Below, in pieces: positions 38,472-52,321 of a stretch of 64,000 nt of DNA. The stretch spans positions 3,355-67,354 of the forward strand of contig NZ_JBDHZL010000003.1 in the NCBI RefSeq assembly GCF_039811905.1, written 5' to 3'. The DNA is from Nigerium sp. GTDB lineage: Bacteria > Actinomycetota > Actinomycetes > Propionibacteriales > Propionibacteriaceae. The notes beneath the pieces were generated by a model, which was given only the letters and a program-made list of their open reading frames with translations, did not search any database and was not told the DNA's origin. The translations under genes were made by a program, and so were the position numbers. Every line of letters begins with the position of its first letter. Position 1 is the first letter of the stretch.

Positions 38472-39009
38472 CATCCCCGGTGATCTGACACGAGTGCTCT
38501 ATACCAAGGACGACGTCGCCGCCCGGTTGGCCGAGGTGGCCGCCGAGATCGACCGCGACTACGCGAGCAAGGATCTGCTGTGCGTGGGCGTCCTGAACGG
38601 GGCGATCATGGTGATGGCCGACCTGACCCGCGCCCTCCACTGTCACGTGGAGATGGACTGGATGGCGATCTCCTCCTACGGGTCCGGCACGCAGAGTTCG
38701 GGCGTCGTGCGCATCCTCAAAGACCTCAGCGTCGACCTGGAGGATCGCCACGTGCTCGTGGTGGAGGACATCATCGACACCGGGCTCACGCTGTCGTACC
38801 TGATGCAGAACCTGCGCTCGCGGCGTCCGGCGAGCCTGGAGATCATGACCGCGTTCCGCAAGCCCGAGGCGAAGGCGAGCGACGTGCACGTCAAATACGT
38901 GGGCTTCGACATCCCCGACGAGTTCGTCGTCGGCTACGGGCTCGACTACGCGGGCCGCTACCGCAACCTCACCGACGTCGGCACGCTCGCCCCGCACGTC
39001 TACAGCTGA
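38458..39009 (+). CDS. hpt: Hypoxanthine phosphoribosyltransferase
   Basis: VGVLNGA, ISSYG, LVVEDIIDTGLTL, FVVGYGLDY; GTG 38458 lies 7 nt after TACGAT (leaderless), ATG 38449 alternative. Confidence 0.96.
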   Translation: MDAADIPGDLTRVLYTKDDVAARLAEVAAEIDRDYASKDLLCVGVLNGAIMVMADLTRALHCHVEMDWMAISSYGSGTQSSGVVRILKDLSVDLEDRHVLVVEDIIDTGLTLSYLMQNLRSRRPASLEIMTAFRKPEAKASDVHVKYVGFDIPDEFVVGYGLDYAGRYRNLTDVGTLAPHVYS

Positions 39010-39127
39010 GCCGGACGCCGGGGTCCGGGGGTGTCCGCCCTGCACGAACAAGCGGGGCCGGTCTGGGGGCCTTCACACCGCGTCGGGTAGTCTCGCCCGT
39101 GCACTATTGGCCCAGCCGAGGTAGGCA

Positions 39128-41530
<2,403 letters not shown>

Positions 41531-41531
41531 C

Positions 41532-42095
41532 ATGGCGATCGATCACCCCCGTATCGAGGCGGCCGTCCGGGAGTTCCTGATCGGCATCGGGGAAGACCCG
41601 GACCGGGAGGGGCTCGTCGCCACGCCCGGCCGCGTCGCCCGCGCCTGCGAGGAGCTGTTCGCCGGCATGGAGACCGACGCCGCGAGCGTGCTCGCCACGA
41701 CGTTCGACCTCGAGCACGAGGAGATGGTGCTCGTGAAAGACATCGAGCTGGTGAGCACCTGCGAGCACCACCTGCTGCCGTTCACCGGCGTGGCGCACGT
41801 CGCCTACATCCCGTCGCGGGACGGCCGGGTGACCGGCCTGTCGAAGCTCGCGCGCCTCGTGGACTGCTTCGCCCGGCGTCCGCAGGTGCAGGAGCGCCTG
41901 ACCGGCCAGATCGCGGACGCCCTCGTGGAGCACCTCAAGGCCCAGGGCGTCATGGTCGTCATCGAGGCCGAGCATCAGTGCATGACGATGCGAGGCGTCC
42001 GGAAGCCGGGGTCGAAGACCGTGACCAGCGCCGTCCGGGGTGGCCTGCGCAACCCGGCGACGCGCGCCGAGGCCATGAGCCTCATCATCGGCTGA
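41532..42095 (+). CDS. folE: GTP cyclohydrolase I
   Basis: [37 protein letters not shown]. Confidence 0.97.
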   Translation: MAIDHPRIEAAVREFLIGIGEDPDREGLVATPGRVARACEELFAGMETDAASVLATTFDLEHEEMVLVKDIELVSTCEHHLLPFTGVAHVAYIPSRDGRVTGLSKLARLVDCFARRPQVQERLTGQIADALVEHLKAQGVMVVIEAEHQCMTMRGVRKPGSKTVTSAVRGGLRNPATRAEAMSLIIG

Positions 42096-42925
42096 TGGCC
42101 GGCCACGAAGCCCCGGCGCGCACGCTCGTCATGGGCGTGCTGAACGTCACCGAGGATTCGTTCTCCGACGGCGGCCTGTGGGCCGACGCCGACGCCGCGA
42201 TCGCGCACGCCTTCGACATGGTCGCCGAGGGGGCCGACATCCTCGACGTGGGCGGGGAGTCCACGCGGCCCGGCTCGGCGCGGGTGCCCGAACGGGTGGA
42301 GCTCGAGCGGGTCGTCCCGGTCGTCCGGGCGCTCGCGGACGCCGGCGTCGCGGTCTCGGTCGACACCACGCGGGCGACGGTCGCGGAGGCGTCCATCGCG
42401 GGCGGGGCGTCCTGGATCAACGACGTGTCCGGCGGCCTCGCCGACCCGGCGATGCTGCCGGCCGTCGCCGACGGCGGGTGCGGGTACATCACGATGCACT
42501 GGCGCGGTCACGCCACCGAGATGGACTCACGGGCCGTCTACACCGACGTCGTCGCGGAGGTGCGCGACGAGCTCGCCGAGCGCCGGGACGCCGCCCTCGC
42601 GGCCGGCATCGACGCCGGACGCCTCGTGCTCGACCCGGGCTTCGGCTTCGCCAAGACCGGCGAACACAACTGGGCCCTGCTGGCCCACCTGGACGCCCTC
42701 ATGGCGCTCGGCTTCCCGCTGCTCGTCGCGGTGTCGCGCAAGCGCTTCCTCGGGTCGCTGCTCGCGGACGCCGACGGCCCGCGCCCGCCGCGCGAGCGTG
42801 ACGACGCGACCGCCGCGCTGACGGCCCTGGTCGCCCAGCGCGGCGTCTGGGGCGTCCGGACGCACTCGGTACGCCAGCACCGCGACGCGATCGAGGTCGT
42901 CGAGCGGCTGCGCCGAGAACCCTAG
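42095..42925 (+). CDS. folP: Dihydropteroate synthase
   Basis: MGVLNVTEDSFSDGG, DVGGESTRPG, DPGFGF, SRKRF. Confidence 0.96.
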   Translation: MAGHEAPARTLVMGVLNVTEDSFSDGGLWADADAAIAHAFDMVAEGADILDVGGESTRPGSARVPERVELERVVPVVRALADAGVAVSVDTTRATVAEASIAGGASWINDVSGGLADPAMLPAVADGGCGYITMHWRGHATEMDSRAVYTDVVAEVRDELAERRDAALAAGIDAGRLVLDPGFGFAKTGEHNWALLAHLDALMALGFPLLVAVSRKRFLGSLLADADGPRPPRERDDATAALTALVAQRGVWGVRTHSVRQHRDAIEVVERLRREP

Positions 42926-43002
42926 TCGGCGCCCGATCGCGGCGGGCAGCCCGGCCGCGCTCGCGACGCCCAGCGCAACGAACAGGAAGGACCCTCACCC
43001 CC

Positions 43003-43392
43003 ATGACCGCAGACCTCACCGGAGCGCTCCTCGGCACGAACGCCGACCTCGTCACCCTGACGGGCGTCAGCGCGGTCGGCCATCACGGCGTCTTCGCGCA
43101 CGAGAAACGGGACGGCCAGACGTTCGTCGTCGACGTGACCTGCCGGCTGCGGCGTCCGGCGCGCGAGGACCGCCTGGAGACCACCGTCGACTACGGGGCC
43201 CTCGCCGGTCAGGTGGTCGCGCTCATCGAGGGCGGCCCGTACGACCTCATCGAGACGCTCGCCGACGTCATCGCGGACGCCTGCCTCGCGCAGCCGCTCG
43301 TGGACGCCGCGGTCGTCACCGTGCACAAGCCCGAGGCCCCGATGCCGGTGCGGGTCGCCGACGCGGCCGTCACCGTCGCGAGGGTGCGATGA
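43003..43392 (+). CDS. folB: Dihydroneopterin aldolase
   Basis: GHHGVFAHE, TVDYG, LIETLA, VHKPEAP. Confidence 0.95.
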   Translation: MTADLTGALLGTNADLVTLTGVSAVGHHGVFAHEKRDGQTFVVDVTCRLRRPAREDRLETTVDYGALAGQVVALIEGGPYDLIETLADVIADACLAQPLVDAAVVTVHKPEAPMPVRVADAAVTVARVR

Positions 43393-43901
43393 GGTTCGCG
43401 CTCTCGCTCGGCTCGAACGTGGGGGACAGCCTCGCCACCCTGCGGGCGGCGGTCGCCGAGCTCGCGGCCGTCCCCGGGCTCACGCTGGACGCCGTTTCCG
43501 GCGTCTACCGCACCGCCCCCGTGGGCGGCGTGGAGCAGGCCGACTTCTTCAACATCGTCGTCACCGGCACCACCGACCTGCCGCCCCGCGCGGTCTCGGA
43601 CGCCGCCCACGCCGTCGAGGACGCCCACGGCCGCACCCGCGAGGTGCGCTGGGGCCCGCGGACGCTCGACGTGGACGTCCTCGTGTGCGGCGACGTCGTC
43701 TCGGACGACCCGGAGCTCACCCTCCCGCACCCCCGCGCGCACGAGCGCGCGTTCGTGCTCGTCCCCTGGGCGAACGCCGACCCCGACGCCGTCCTCCCGG
43801 GCCACGGGCGCGTCGCCGACCTGGCCGCGCGGACCGGCGCCGAGGGCGTCCGGCTGACCGGGGACGCGGTGCCGCTGTCCGGCGGGGAGGCCGGCCGATG
43901 A
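43389..43901 (+). CDS. folK: 2-amino-4-hydroxy-6-hydroxymethyldihydropteridine pyrophosphokinase
   Basis: LSLGSNVGD, YRTAPVG, FFNIV, WGPRTLDVDVL, LPHPRAHERAFVLVP. Confidence 0.95.
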   Translation: MRFALSLGSNVGDSLATLRAAVAELAAVPGLTLDAVSGVYRTAPVGGVEQADFFNIVVTGTTDLPPRAVSDAAHAVEDAHGRTREVRWGPRTLDVDVLVCGDVVSDDPELTLPHPRAHERAFVLVPWANADPDAVLPGHGRVADLAARTGAEGVRLTGDAVPLSGGEAGR

Positions 43902-44449
43902 CCGCGCCCGAGGGCCCGCGGCAGCCCACGGTGGAGCCGACCCGGCCCGGGTGGGTGGCGCTGGCGGTCGTGCTGGGCGGGGGCGCGTGCGCGCTGCTGA
44001 TGACCGCCCTCGTGCGGTTCGGCTTGTCGCTGCCGCGCGTCGAGCCCGTGGCCTGGCTCTCGGTGGGGCTGCTGGCCGGCGGGGTCGGGTACCTCGCCGT
44101 CGTCACGAGGCGCTTGGTCCGCGACCGGCGCGCCGACCTCGACGCGAAGTCGGCGCTCTACCGGCTGCTGCTGGGCAAGACGTCGATCCTGGCCGGGGCG
44201 GGACTGGGGGCGGCGTATGTGGTCCTCGTCGCGTTCTCGCTGCCCGGCTGGCCCGCGCCGTTCGCGCAGGGCCGGGTCGTCCACGGCGGCGTAGCCGCCG
44301 TGTTGTGCGCGGTCTGGGCGGTCGCGGGCTGGCGGCTGGAGCGGGCGTGCCGGATCCCCGACGACCCCGATGACGGCGAGTCCGACGACGAGGCGTCCGG
44401 CGACACGCGGCCAGATCACGAGGAGGGCGGCGGCCCCGCGTTAAGGTGA
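43898..44449 (+). CDS. DUF3180-like membrane protein
   Basis: Four TM segments, LERACRIPDD; usual position after folK. Confidence 0.8.
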   Translation: MTAPEGPRQPTVEPTRPGWVALAVVLGGGACALLMTALVRFGLSLPRVEPVAWLSVGLLAGGVGYLAVVTRRLVRDRRADLDAKSALYRLLLGKTSILAGAGLGAAYVVLVAFSLPGWPAPFAQGRVVHGGVAAVLCAVWAVAGWRLERACRIPDDPDDGESDDEASGDTRPDHEEGGGPALR

Positions 44450-44453
44450 GCCG

Positions 44454-45011
44454 GTGAGTATCGCCCCCGCACACGCCCTGACCGCCTCCCCGCGCCGCCG
44501 GCTGGCGCGCGCCGTGATGGCGACGGGCAGCGTCGCGGCGGTGCTGTTGAGCATGGGCCCCCTGGCGCTGGTCCGGGCCGGGGTGGTCGTGGCGGTCCTG
44601 ACCGCGATCGTGGCGTGCGTCGCCGCGTGGCGCGAGGTCGCCGACGTCCGCCGCCGGGCCGCCAAGCTGGCCGGCGATGCCCTGGTCGCCCACGGCGCGA
44701 AGCTGCGCGAGCAGCGCGAGACCCACCTGCGCGTCCTGGCCGTCCTGCAGCGGCGCCACGACCGCCTGGCCGAGCGTCTCGACGACGCCCGGCACGACAG
44801 CGCCCGCCTCCGCGCCGACGCCGGACGCCTCGCGGGCGAGCGGGACGCCGCCCGCCATGAGCGGGACGCACTGCGGGTGGAGCGCGACGGGCTTCTGCTG
44901 GAGCGGGACGAGCTTCGCCTCGAGCGCGACGTCCTGGAGATCCAGCGCGACGAACTCGCCGGCACGGCGTCCTCCGGCGCCGTCGTGCTGCCGCTGCGGC
45001 GCCGAGCCTGA
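44454..45011 (+). CDS. Membrane-anchored coiled-coil protein
   Basis: Two N-terminal TM segments; six ERD-led heptads at about 44838-44963. Confidence 0.7.
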   Translation: MSIAPAHALTASPRRRLARAVMATGSVAAVLLSMGPLALVRAGVVVAVLTAIVACVAAWREVADVRRRAAKLAGDALVAHGAKLREQRETHLRVLAVLQRRHDRLAERLDDARHDSARLRADAGRLAGERDAARHERDALRVERDGLLLERDELRLERDVLEIQRDELAGTASSGAVVLPLRRRA

Positions 45012-45065
45012 CGTTTCTGTGCGACGTTTCCCACCGCCCAGTGTGGAGAACGTCGCAGAGAAACG
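45012..45065. repeat. Dispersed palindromic repeat, copy 3 (most complete, 54 bp)
   Basis: CGTTTCT-G-TGCGACGTT-TC-CCAC-cgcccagt-GTGG-AG-AACGTCGCA-G-AGAAACG. Confidence 0.75.
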
Positions 45066-45081
45066 CACACGCCCCGGCTAC

Positions 45082-46251
45082 TTACTTGTCGAGGTCGCCC
45101 GTCACATAGCCGAGGGACGCGATCATCACCGGGAGATCCTCGATCGCCCCGATGCCCGCTGTCGCCCACGCCGAGACGTTCGCGAGCGACGGCGTCCGCA
45201 GCCGCATGCGCCACGGGGTCTTGTCGGCCCGGGACACCACGAACACCCCGGCCCGCCCCAGCGGCGCCTCGATCTCGGCGTAGCTGTCGCCCTCGGGCAG
45301 CTTGGCCACCTTGGGCAGCCGCACCGCGAGCTCGCCGCTCGGCATCCCGGACGCACACCGGGCCACCACATCCGCCGACTGGCCCACTTCGGCGGCCAGC
45401 CAGCACAGGCGCGCGTGGGCGTCCCCCGTTGTCGGGGTGGTGGGCGGCGCGAGCGCGTCGCCCAGCTCGGCGTACGCCAGCCCCGGGACACCGCCCCCCG
45501 CGTCCCGACGGAGATCCTCGTCGAGGCCGCTCGCCCGCGCGACGACGCCCGACAACCCGTAGCCGGCGGCGTCCTCGGCGTTGAGAACCGCGATGTCGCG
45601 GCCGAGCCCGGAGGCGTCCAGGGCTTCGGCGATGCGTCCGGCCAGGGACGCCGCCTCGCGGTGCGTCGCGACGGTCGCGTCGAGCCAGCCGGCGTCCGGG
45701 TCGACGGCGACACCGCCCAGCCGGGTGGCCATCGGGTGCAGCCGGTTTCCGGTGAGGTCGAGCGTGCGCCGGCGCAATTCCTCGCGGACGACGCCCGTGG
45801 CCAGGTCGTCGCGTCCCAGCCGGTTGCTCACGAACGAGAGCTGCGCCAGGTGGCTCTGCACGCGCTGGTGCTCGGCGAGAAACGTCCGTAGCCACGCGGC
45901 CCTTGGCGGAATCTCGATGCCCAACTCGCGCTCCACGACGGACGCCACGAGCAGTTCGCCGAACACGGGCGCCTGCCAGTCGTGCCTATTCGCCAGGGAC
46001 AGGATCTGTCGGTAGTCCCGCACCTCGAACAGCATTTCCGCACCACGGTGCAGGGCCCCCGGGAGGACGTCCAAGGCTTGGATCTTTTCGCCGTCCACCT
46101 GGGCCGTCAGCCATACGAGACCGCCATTGCTCGGATGGTCAGGACCCATGTCGATGTGGTAATAGGATACGCCGTCTTTATTGTCGCCCATGGCGATAGA
46201 ACCGAGGGCGAGCAGGAGGGAATCGGTCACCCCGTGAATCCTAATGGTCAC
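45082..46251 (-). CDS. Orphan NuoD-like (complex I 49-kDa subunit family) protein
   Basis: DMGPDHP, LHRGAE, NRHDW, EAPLG, PWRMRLRTPS, TGDLDK; start uncertain (46251 or 46191). Confidence 0.85.
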   Translation of the reverse strand: MTIRIHGVTDSLLLALGSIAMGDNKDGVSYYHIDMGPDHPSNGGLVWLTAQVDGEKIQALDVLPGALHRGAEMLFEVRDYRQILSLANRHDWQAPVFGELLVASVVERELGIEIPPRAAWLRTFLAEHQRVQSHLAQLSFVSNRLGRDDLATGVVREELRRRTLDLTGNRLHPMATRLGGVAVDPDAGWLDATVATHREAASLAGRIAEALDASGLGRDIAVLNAEDAAGYGLSGVVARASGLDEDLRRDAGGGVPGLAYAELGDALAPPTTPTTGDAHARLCWLAAEVGQSADVVARCASGMPSGELAVRLPKVAKLPEGDSYAEIEAPLGRAGVFVVSRADKTPWRMRLRTPSLANVSAWATAGIGAIEDLPVMIASLGYVTGDLDK

Positions 46252-46272
46252 AAGATGTAATTGCCGACCCGT

Positions 46273-46281
46273 TGGTATAGT
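46273..46281 (+). promoter_or_regulatory. Extended -10 promoter for lsr2
   Basis: TG-G-TATAGT about 90 nt upstream of lsr2 ATG. Confidence 0.55.
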
Positions 46282-46367
46282 CTGGACGCGTTCTCGGTAT
46301 CACGAGAGCGGGGGGCCAGAAAGCGCCGGCTTTGCGGCAACACCGTTTACTTTGGAAGGACCACCAG

Positions 46368-46694
46368 ATGGCTCAGCGAGTTCATATCGTCTTGACCGAT
46401 GACCTTGATGGCAGCGACGCCACCGAGAGTGTCACGTTCGGTCTGGATGGAAGTACTTATGAGATCGACCTGTCGGAAAACAATGCCGGGCGTCTGCGCG
46501 ACGCTTTGGCCCCGTTTGTCGCGGTCGGTCGTAAGGTCGGCACGAAGCAGCGCACGGCGTCCAAGTCGCGCCGTTCGTCCGGTGGCAACGCCACCGATAT
46601 TCGCGCGTGGGCCCAAGAACAGGGCATGACGGTCTCGGCGCGAGGCCGCGTCCCTGCTGAGATCCGTCAGGCCTACGAGGCCGCCCACAGCTGA
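46368..46694 (+). CDS. lsr2: Nucleoid-associated protein Lsr2
   Basis: MAQRVHIVLTDDLDG, FGLDGSTYEIDLS, IRAWAQEQG, RGRVP. Confidence 0.96.
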   Translation: MAQRVHIVLTDDLDGSDATESVTFGLDGSTYEIDLSENNAGRLRDALAPFVAVGRKVGTKQRTASKSRRSSGGNATDIRAWAQEQGMTVSARGRVPAEIRQAYEAAHS

Positions 46695-46806
46695 GCAGGC
46701 CGCGGGCGTCCCCCCGGTCGCCCGCCGCTGGATGGTCCGCGCGGCCGCCCGGAAGGGTGGCCGCGCGACGCTGTCTGGACGCCTGTTGTGCGCCGGGGGC
46801 GAACAG

Positions 46807-46842
46807 GGAACAACGGGGACGCCGCCGACGGTTAAGTAGACT
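46807..46842 (+). promoter_or_regulatory. Candidate SigR/SigH-type promoter (GGAAC...GTT) plus TAGACT -10 upstream of clpC
   Basis: GGAAC at 46807, GTT at 46831, TAGACT at 46837; clpC is a known target of these sigma factors in other actinobacteria. Confidence 0.4.
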
Positions 46843-46901
46843 GAACGCGTGCCCCGCCCCGGGGCCCGCACACCAGCGTTGCTGGAATGAAGGAGAGTCC
46901 A

Positions 46902-49415
<2,514 letters not shown>

Positions 49416-49443
49416 GCTCCGGCTCGTCCCCGACCGCTCAACT

Positions 49444-49477
49444 AGGACGCCCACGGCCCATCGGCCGGGGGCGTCCT
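49444..49477 (+). terminator. Terminator after clpC; outer stem is GGACGCC/GGCGTCC pair
   Basis: aggacgccc-a-cggcc-catc-ggccg-g-gggcgtcct followed by ggcttttct. Confidence 0.78.
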
Positions 49478-49497
49478 GGCTTTTCTGCGCGTGAGCC

Positions 49498-49908
49498 TCA
49501 GCGCGCGTCGGCCTGGTTCGTGACGAGTTCCACGGGGCACGTCGGGCCCGGAGCCCGGGCGATCCGGCGGTCGCCGGTGAGCAGGGGCGCCTGCAGCGCC
49601 TCGGCCAGGGCCACGTAGGACGCGCCGTACACCGTCAGGTTGTCTCGCAGTTCCCAGCACCGCGCGATGAGCGGCACGTGATCGACCCGTCGCAGCGGCA
49701 GAACGCGGAGGTCTTCCAGGGCGAGGGCCGCCCGGCGGGCGTCGACCTGCCCGCTGCGCGCAAGACCCCGCCACACCGAGACGACCTCCAGATCGATGAT
49801 GCTGGGTGCCGCCAGGTCCTCACCGCGCAGCCTGGCGCGGAGCGCGTCGCCCTCCGCGCCGTCGTCGAGCAGCGCGACGGCGAGGACGCTCGCGTCAACG
49901 ACGAGCAC
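49498..49908 (-). CDS. vapC: VapC PIN-domain toxin
   Basis: (M)LVVDASVL, LAAPSIIDLEV, NLTVYGASYVALAE, LLTGDRR. Confidence 0.88.
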   Translation of the reverse strand: MLVVDASVLAVALLDDGAEGDALRARLRGEDLAAPSIIDLEVVSVWRGLARSGQVDARRAALALEDLRVLPLRRVDHVPLIARCWELRDNLTVYGASYVALAEALQAPLLTGDRRIARAPGPTCPVELVTNQADAR

Positions 49909-50125
49909 GCTCGAACCGCAGCGCGCTGACCGCGTCCGCGAGGGCGAGCTGGCCTCCCGCTCGGCCGCCGGCCTGGTCGAGGACCTCCTCCAGCGTCGGT
50001 TGCGCGGCCTCCCGGATGAGCCGCGTCCGGAGGTATTCCTGCAGCGACTGGTGCGCCGCGGCGGCACGTTCGCGGAGGACGGCGTGCGTCTCCTCGGGGA
50101 CGTCCTTGATCTGAATATTCGGCAT
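49895..50125 (-). CDS. FitA/VapB-like ribbon-helix-helix antitoxin
   Basis: MPNIQIKDVPEETHAVLRERAAAAHQSLQEYLR; overlaps toxin start. Confidence 0.88.
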   Translation of the reverse strand: MPNIQIKDVPEETHAVLRERAAAAHQSLQEYLRTRLIREAAQPTLEEVLDQAGGRAGGQLALADAVSALRFERARR

Positions 50126-50245
50126 GGAGCCAGTTTGGCGCCAATCAAGCCAGAATGGAACCGTCGGGCAACCGCGACGGGGTTCGTTTCCGGTCCCCGC
50201 ACGACGTGCCCACGGGCCCGTGGCGGCCGACTGGGGCCGCCGCCC

Positions 50246-51202
50246 TCAGAGGCTCAGCGAGCCGGCGGCGTCCCGGGTGACCAGCGCGTCCGCGAGCAGG
50301 GACTCCAGCGCGCGGCGCGCCTGGGCGGCGTCCACCGGCCACGCTCCGAGGAGGTCGTTCTCGGCGACCGGCCCGGACGCCTCACGCAGCACCCCCAGCA
50401 GGACGCCGCGGCACTGCCGGTCGGTGCCGGCGTACGTCTGGGCGCGCCGCTCGGGGCCGTCCCAGGCCGGGTAGCCCCCCAGCCGCCACGCGCAGTCTCC
50501 GGCCACGGGGCACACCCCGCACCGGGGCTCGGTGGTGGCGACGCACACCTGCGCGCCGAGCTCCATCGCGGCCACCGACCAGAGCGGCGCCCCCTCCTCG
50601 GGCAGCCAGGACGCCGCGAGCTCCCGCTCCGCACGCGTCACGGACGCCGCCGGGTACGCCCGCCCGGACGCCAACCGGGCCAGCACGCGCCGCACGTTCG
50701 TGTCGAGGACGACGTGCCGGCGTCCGTACGCGAACGACGCCACCGCGGCCGCCGTGTACTCGCCGACGCCCGGCAGCGAGCGCAGGTCGTCCAGGTCGGC
50801 CGGAACCTCACCGCCGAACCGCTCCGCGATCGCCACGGACGCCGCCCACAGCCGCTGTGCGCGGCGTGGGTAGCCGAGACGTCCCCAGGCGCGCACGGCC
50901 TCGGCGGCCGGTTCGGCGGCGAGCGCGGCCGGCGTGGGCCAGCGCCCGAGCCATTCGAGCCACCGCGGCAGCACGCGCGTCACCGGCGTCTGCTGCAGCA
51001 TGAACTCGCTGACCAGGACGCCCCACGGGCTCGCGCCCGCCGCCCGCCAGGGCAGGTCGCGGGCGTGGGCGGCGTACCAGGCGCAGACGTCCGCGACGAT
51101 CTGCGCGCGGGGGCGGGGGGCTGGGTGCGTCTCGGGCCGTCCTGGGGCGGGAGGGTCTGGCATCCCGTCGCCCGCGGGGCCGCGGCGCGCGTCGGGGCTC
51201 AC
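50246..51202 (-). CDS. mutY: A/G-specific adenine glycosylase (HhH-GPD)
   Basis: RDLPWR, VSEFMLQQT, WGRLGYPRRA, LPGVGEYTA, DTNVRRV, 4Fe-4S C..C..C..C; GTG overlaps disA stop. Confidence 0.93.
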   Translation of the reverse strand: MSPDARRGPAGDGMPDPPAPGRPETHPAPRPRAQIVADVCAWYAAHARDLPWRAAGASPWGVLVSEFMLQQTPVTRVLPRWLEWLGRWPTPAALAAEPAAEAVRAWGRLGYPRRAQRLWAASVAIAERFGGEVPADLDDLRSLPGVGEYTAAAVASFAYGRRHVVLDTNVRRVLARLASGRAYPAASVTRAERELAASWLPEEGAPLWSVAAMELGAQVCVATTEPRCGVCPVAGDCAWRLGGYPAWDGPERRAQTYAGTDRQCRGVLLGVLREASGPVAENDLLGAWPVDAAQARRALESLLADALVTRDAAGSLSL

Positions 51203-52272
51203 TGGTCGTATGCGGACGACTCGACGAGCCGCACCAGGCCGTCCCGGACGCGGCGCGCGGTGGCGAGCGAGACGCCGTCGACCGCGGCCAGCTCGGCCGC
51301 GCTCACGCCGAACAGGTTGTACAGCGACCCGAAGTGCTCGATGAGCCGGTCGATCGTGCGCGCCTGCAGCCGGGGGATCGTCGCCAACTGCCGAAGCCCC
51401 AGCGGACGCCGCGGGCCGTCGAGCGGCGCGCCCGGGTCGAGCGCGCGGGCGACCCGGACGAGGTCGAGGACCGCGTCGGGGTCGAGGGCGGCCAGCCGGC
51501 GTCCGAGCTCGGGGTCGCCCGGGTCGCGCCCGTAGTCGCGCAGGAGAAGGGTCACGAGGTCGTCCACGCCGGTCATCAGCTCGCGCACCTGCATGGAGAC
51601 GAGCCGGCCGTCGGCGCCGAGCTCGACGAGGTAGGCGTCCAGTTCGGCTTCGAGCCGCCGCAGCAGCTCGACGCGCTGAGCCACGAGCGCGAGCTCGTGG
51701 AGGGTGACCTGGTCGGCGAGCTCGAGCAGGTTCAGCCGCTCGAGCTCCTCGTCGAGACGCCCCCGATAGCGCCCGAGTGCGGCGACGGCCTGGTTCGCCC
51801 TGACCATCAGGTGCTCGGGGTGCTCGATCGTCCGCCGGACGCTGGGCGTGAAGAGCGTGATCGTCGCCATGGACGCCGAGACCGTCACCACCGGCAGGCC
51901 GGTCTGGCGCGCGACGCGGTCGGCCGTGCGGTGCCTCGTGCCGGTCTCGGCGGTCTCGATCTCGGCGCGCGGCATGAGGTGGACGCTCGCCGCCCGGATG
52001 CGCGTCAGGTCGCCGCTGAGGGTGATCGCCCCGTCCATCTTCGCGAGTTCGCGCAGGGCGGTGGGGGTGAACGGGGCGTCGATGGCGAACCCGCCGGTGC
52101 TCAGCCCGCGCAGCTCGTCGTTCTCGCCGAGCACGATGAGCGCGCCGGTGTGCCCGTTGACGATGCGGTCGAGGCCGTCGCGCAGCGTGGTGCCGGGGGC
52201 GATCAGGGCGATGCGTGCCAGCAACGCGGGGTCGCTCGGGACGGGCTGGGCGCCGGGCGACGGGCTGGACAC
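51199..52272 (-). CDS. disA: DNA integrity scanning diadenylate cyclase DisA
   Basis: APGTTLRDGL, ELAKMDGA, GTRHRTA, C-terminal HhH; RBS ggagg before GTG 52272. Confidence 0.93.
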   Translation of the reverse strand: MSSPSPGAQPVPSDPALLARIALIAPGTTLRDGLDRIVNGHTGALIVLGENDELRGLSTGGFAIDAPFTPTALRELAKMDGAITLSGDLTRIRAASVHLMPRAEIETAETGTRHRTADRVARQTGLPVVTVSASMATITLFTPSVRRTIEHPEHLMVRANQAVAALGRYRGRLDEELERLNLLELADQVTLHELALVAQRVELLRRLEAELDAYLVELGADGRLVSMQVRELMTGVDDLVTLLLRDYGRDPGDPELGRRLAALDPDAVLDLVRVARALDPGAPLDGPRRPLGLRQLATIPRLQARTIDRLIEHFGSLYNLFGVSAAELAAVDGVSLATARRVRDGLVRLVESSAYDQ

Positions 52273-52321
52273 GGGCGAACCTCCGAGGGTGGGACGGGTG
52301 CGCCCCAGCATAATCGGGCGT

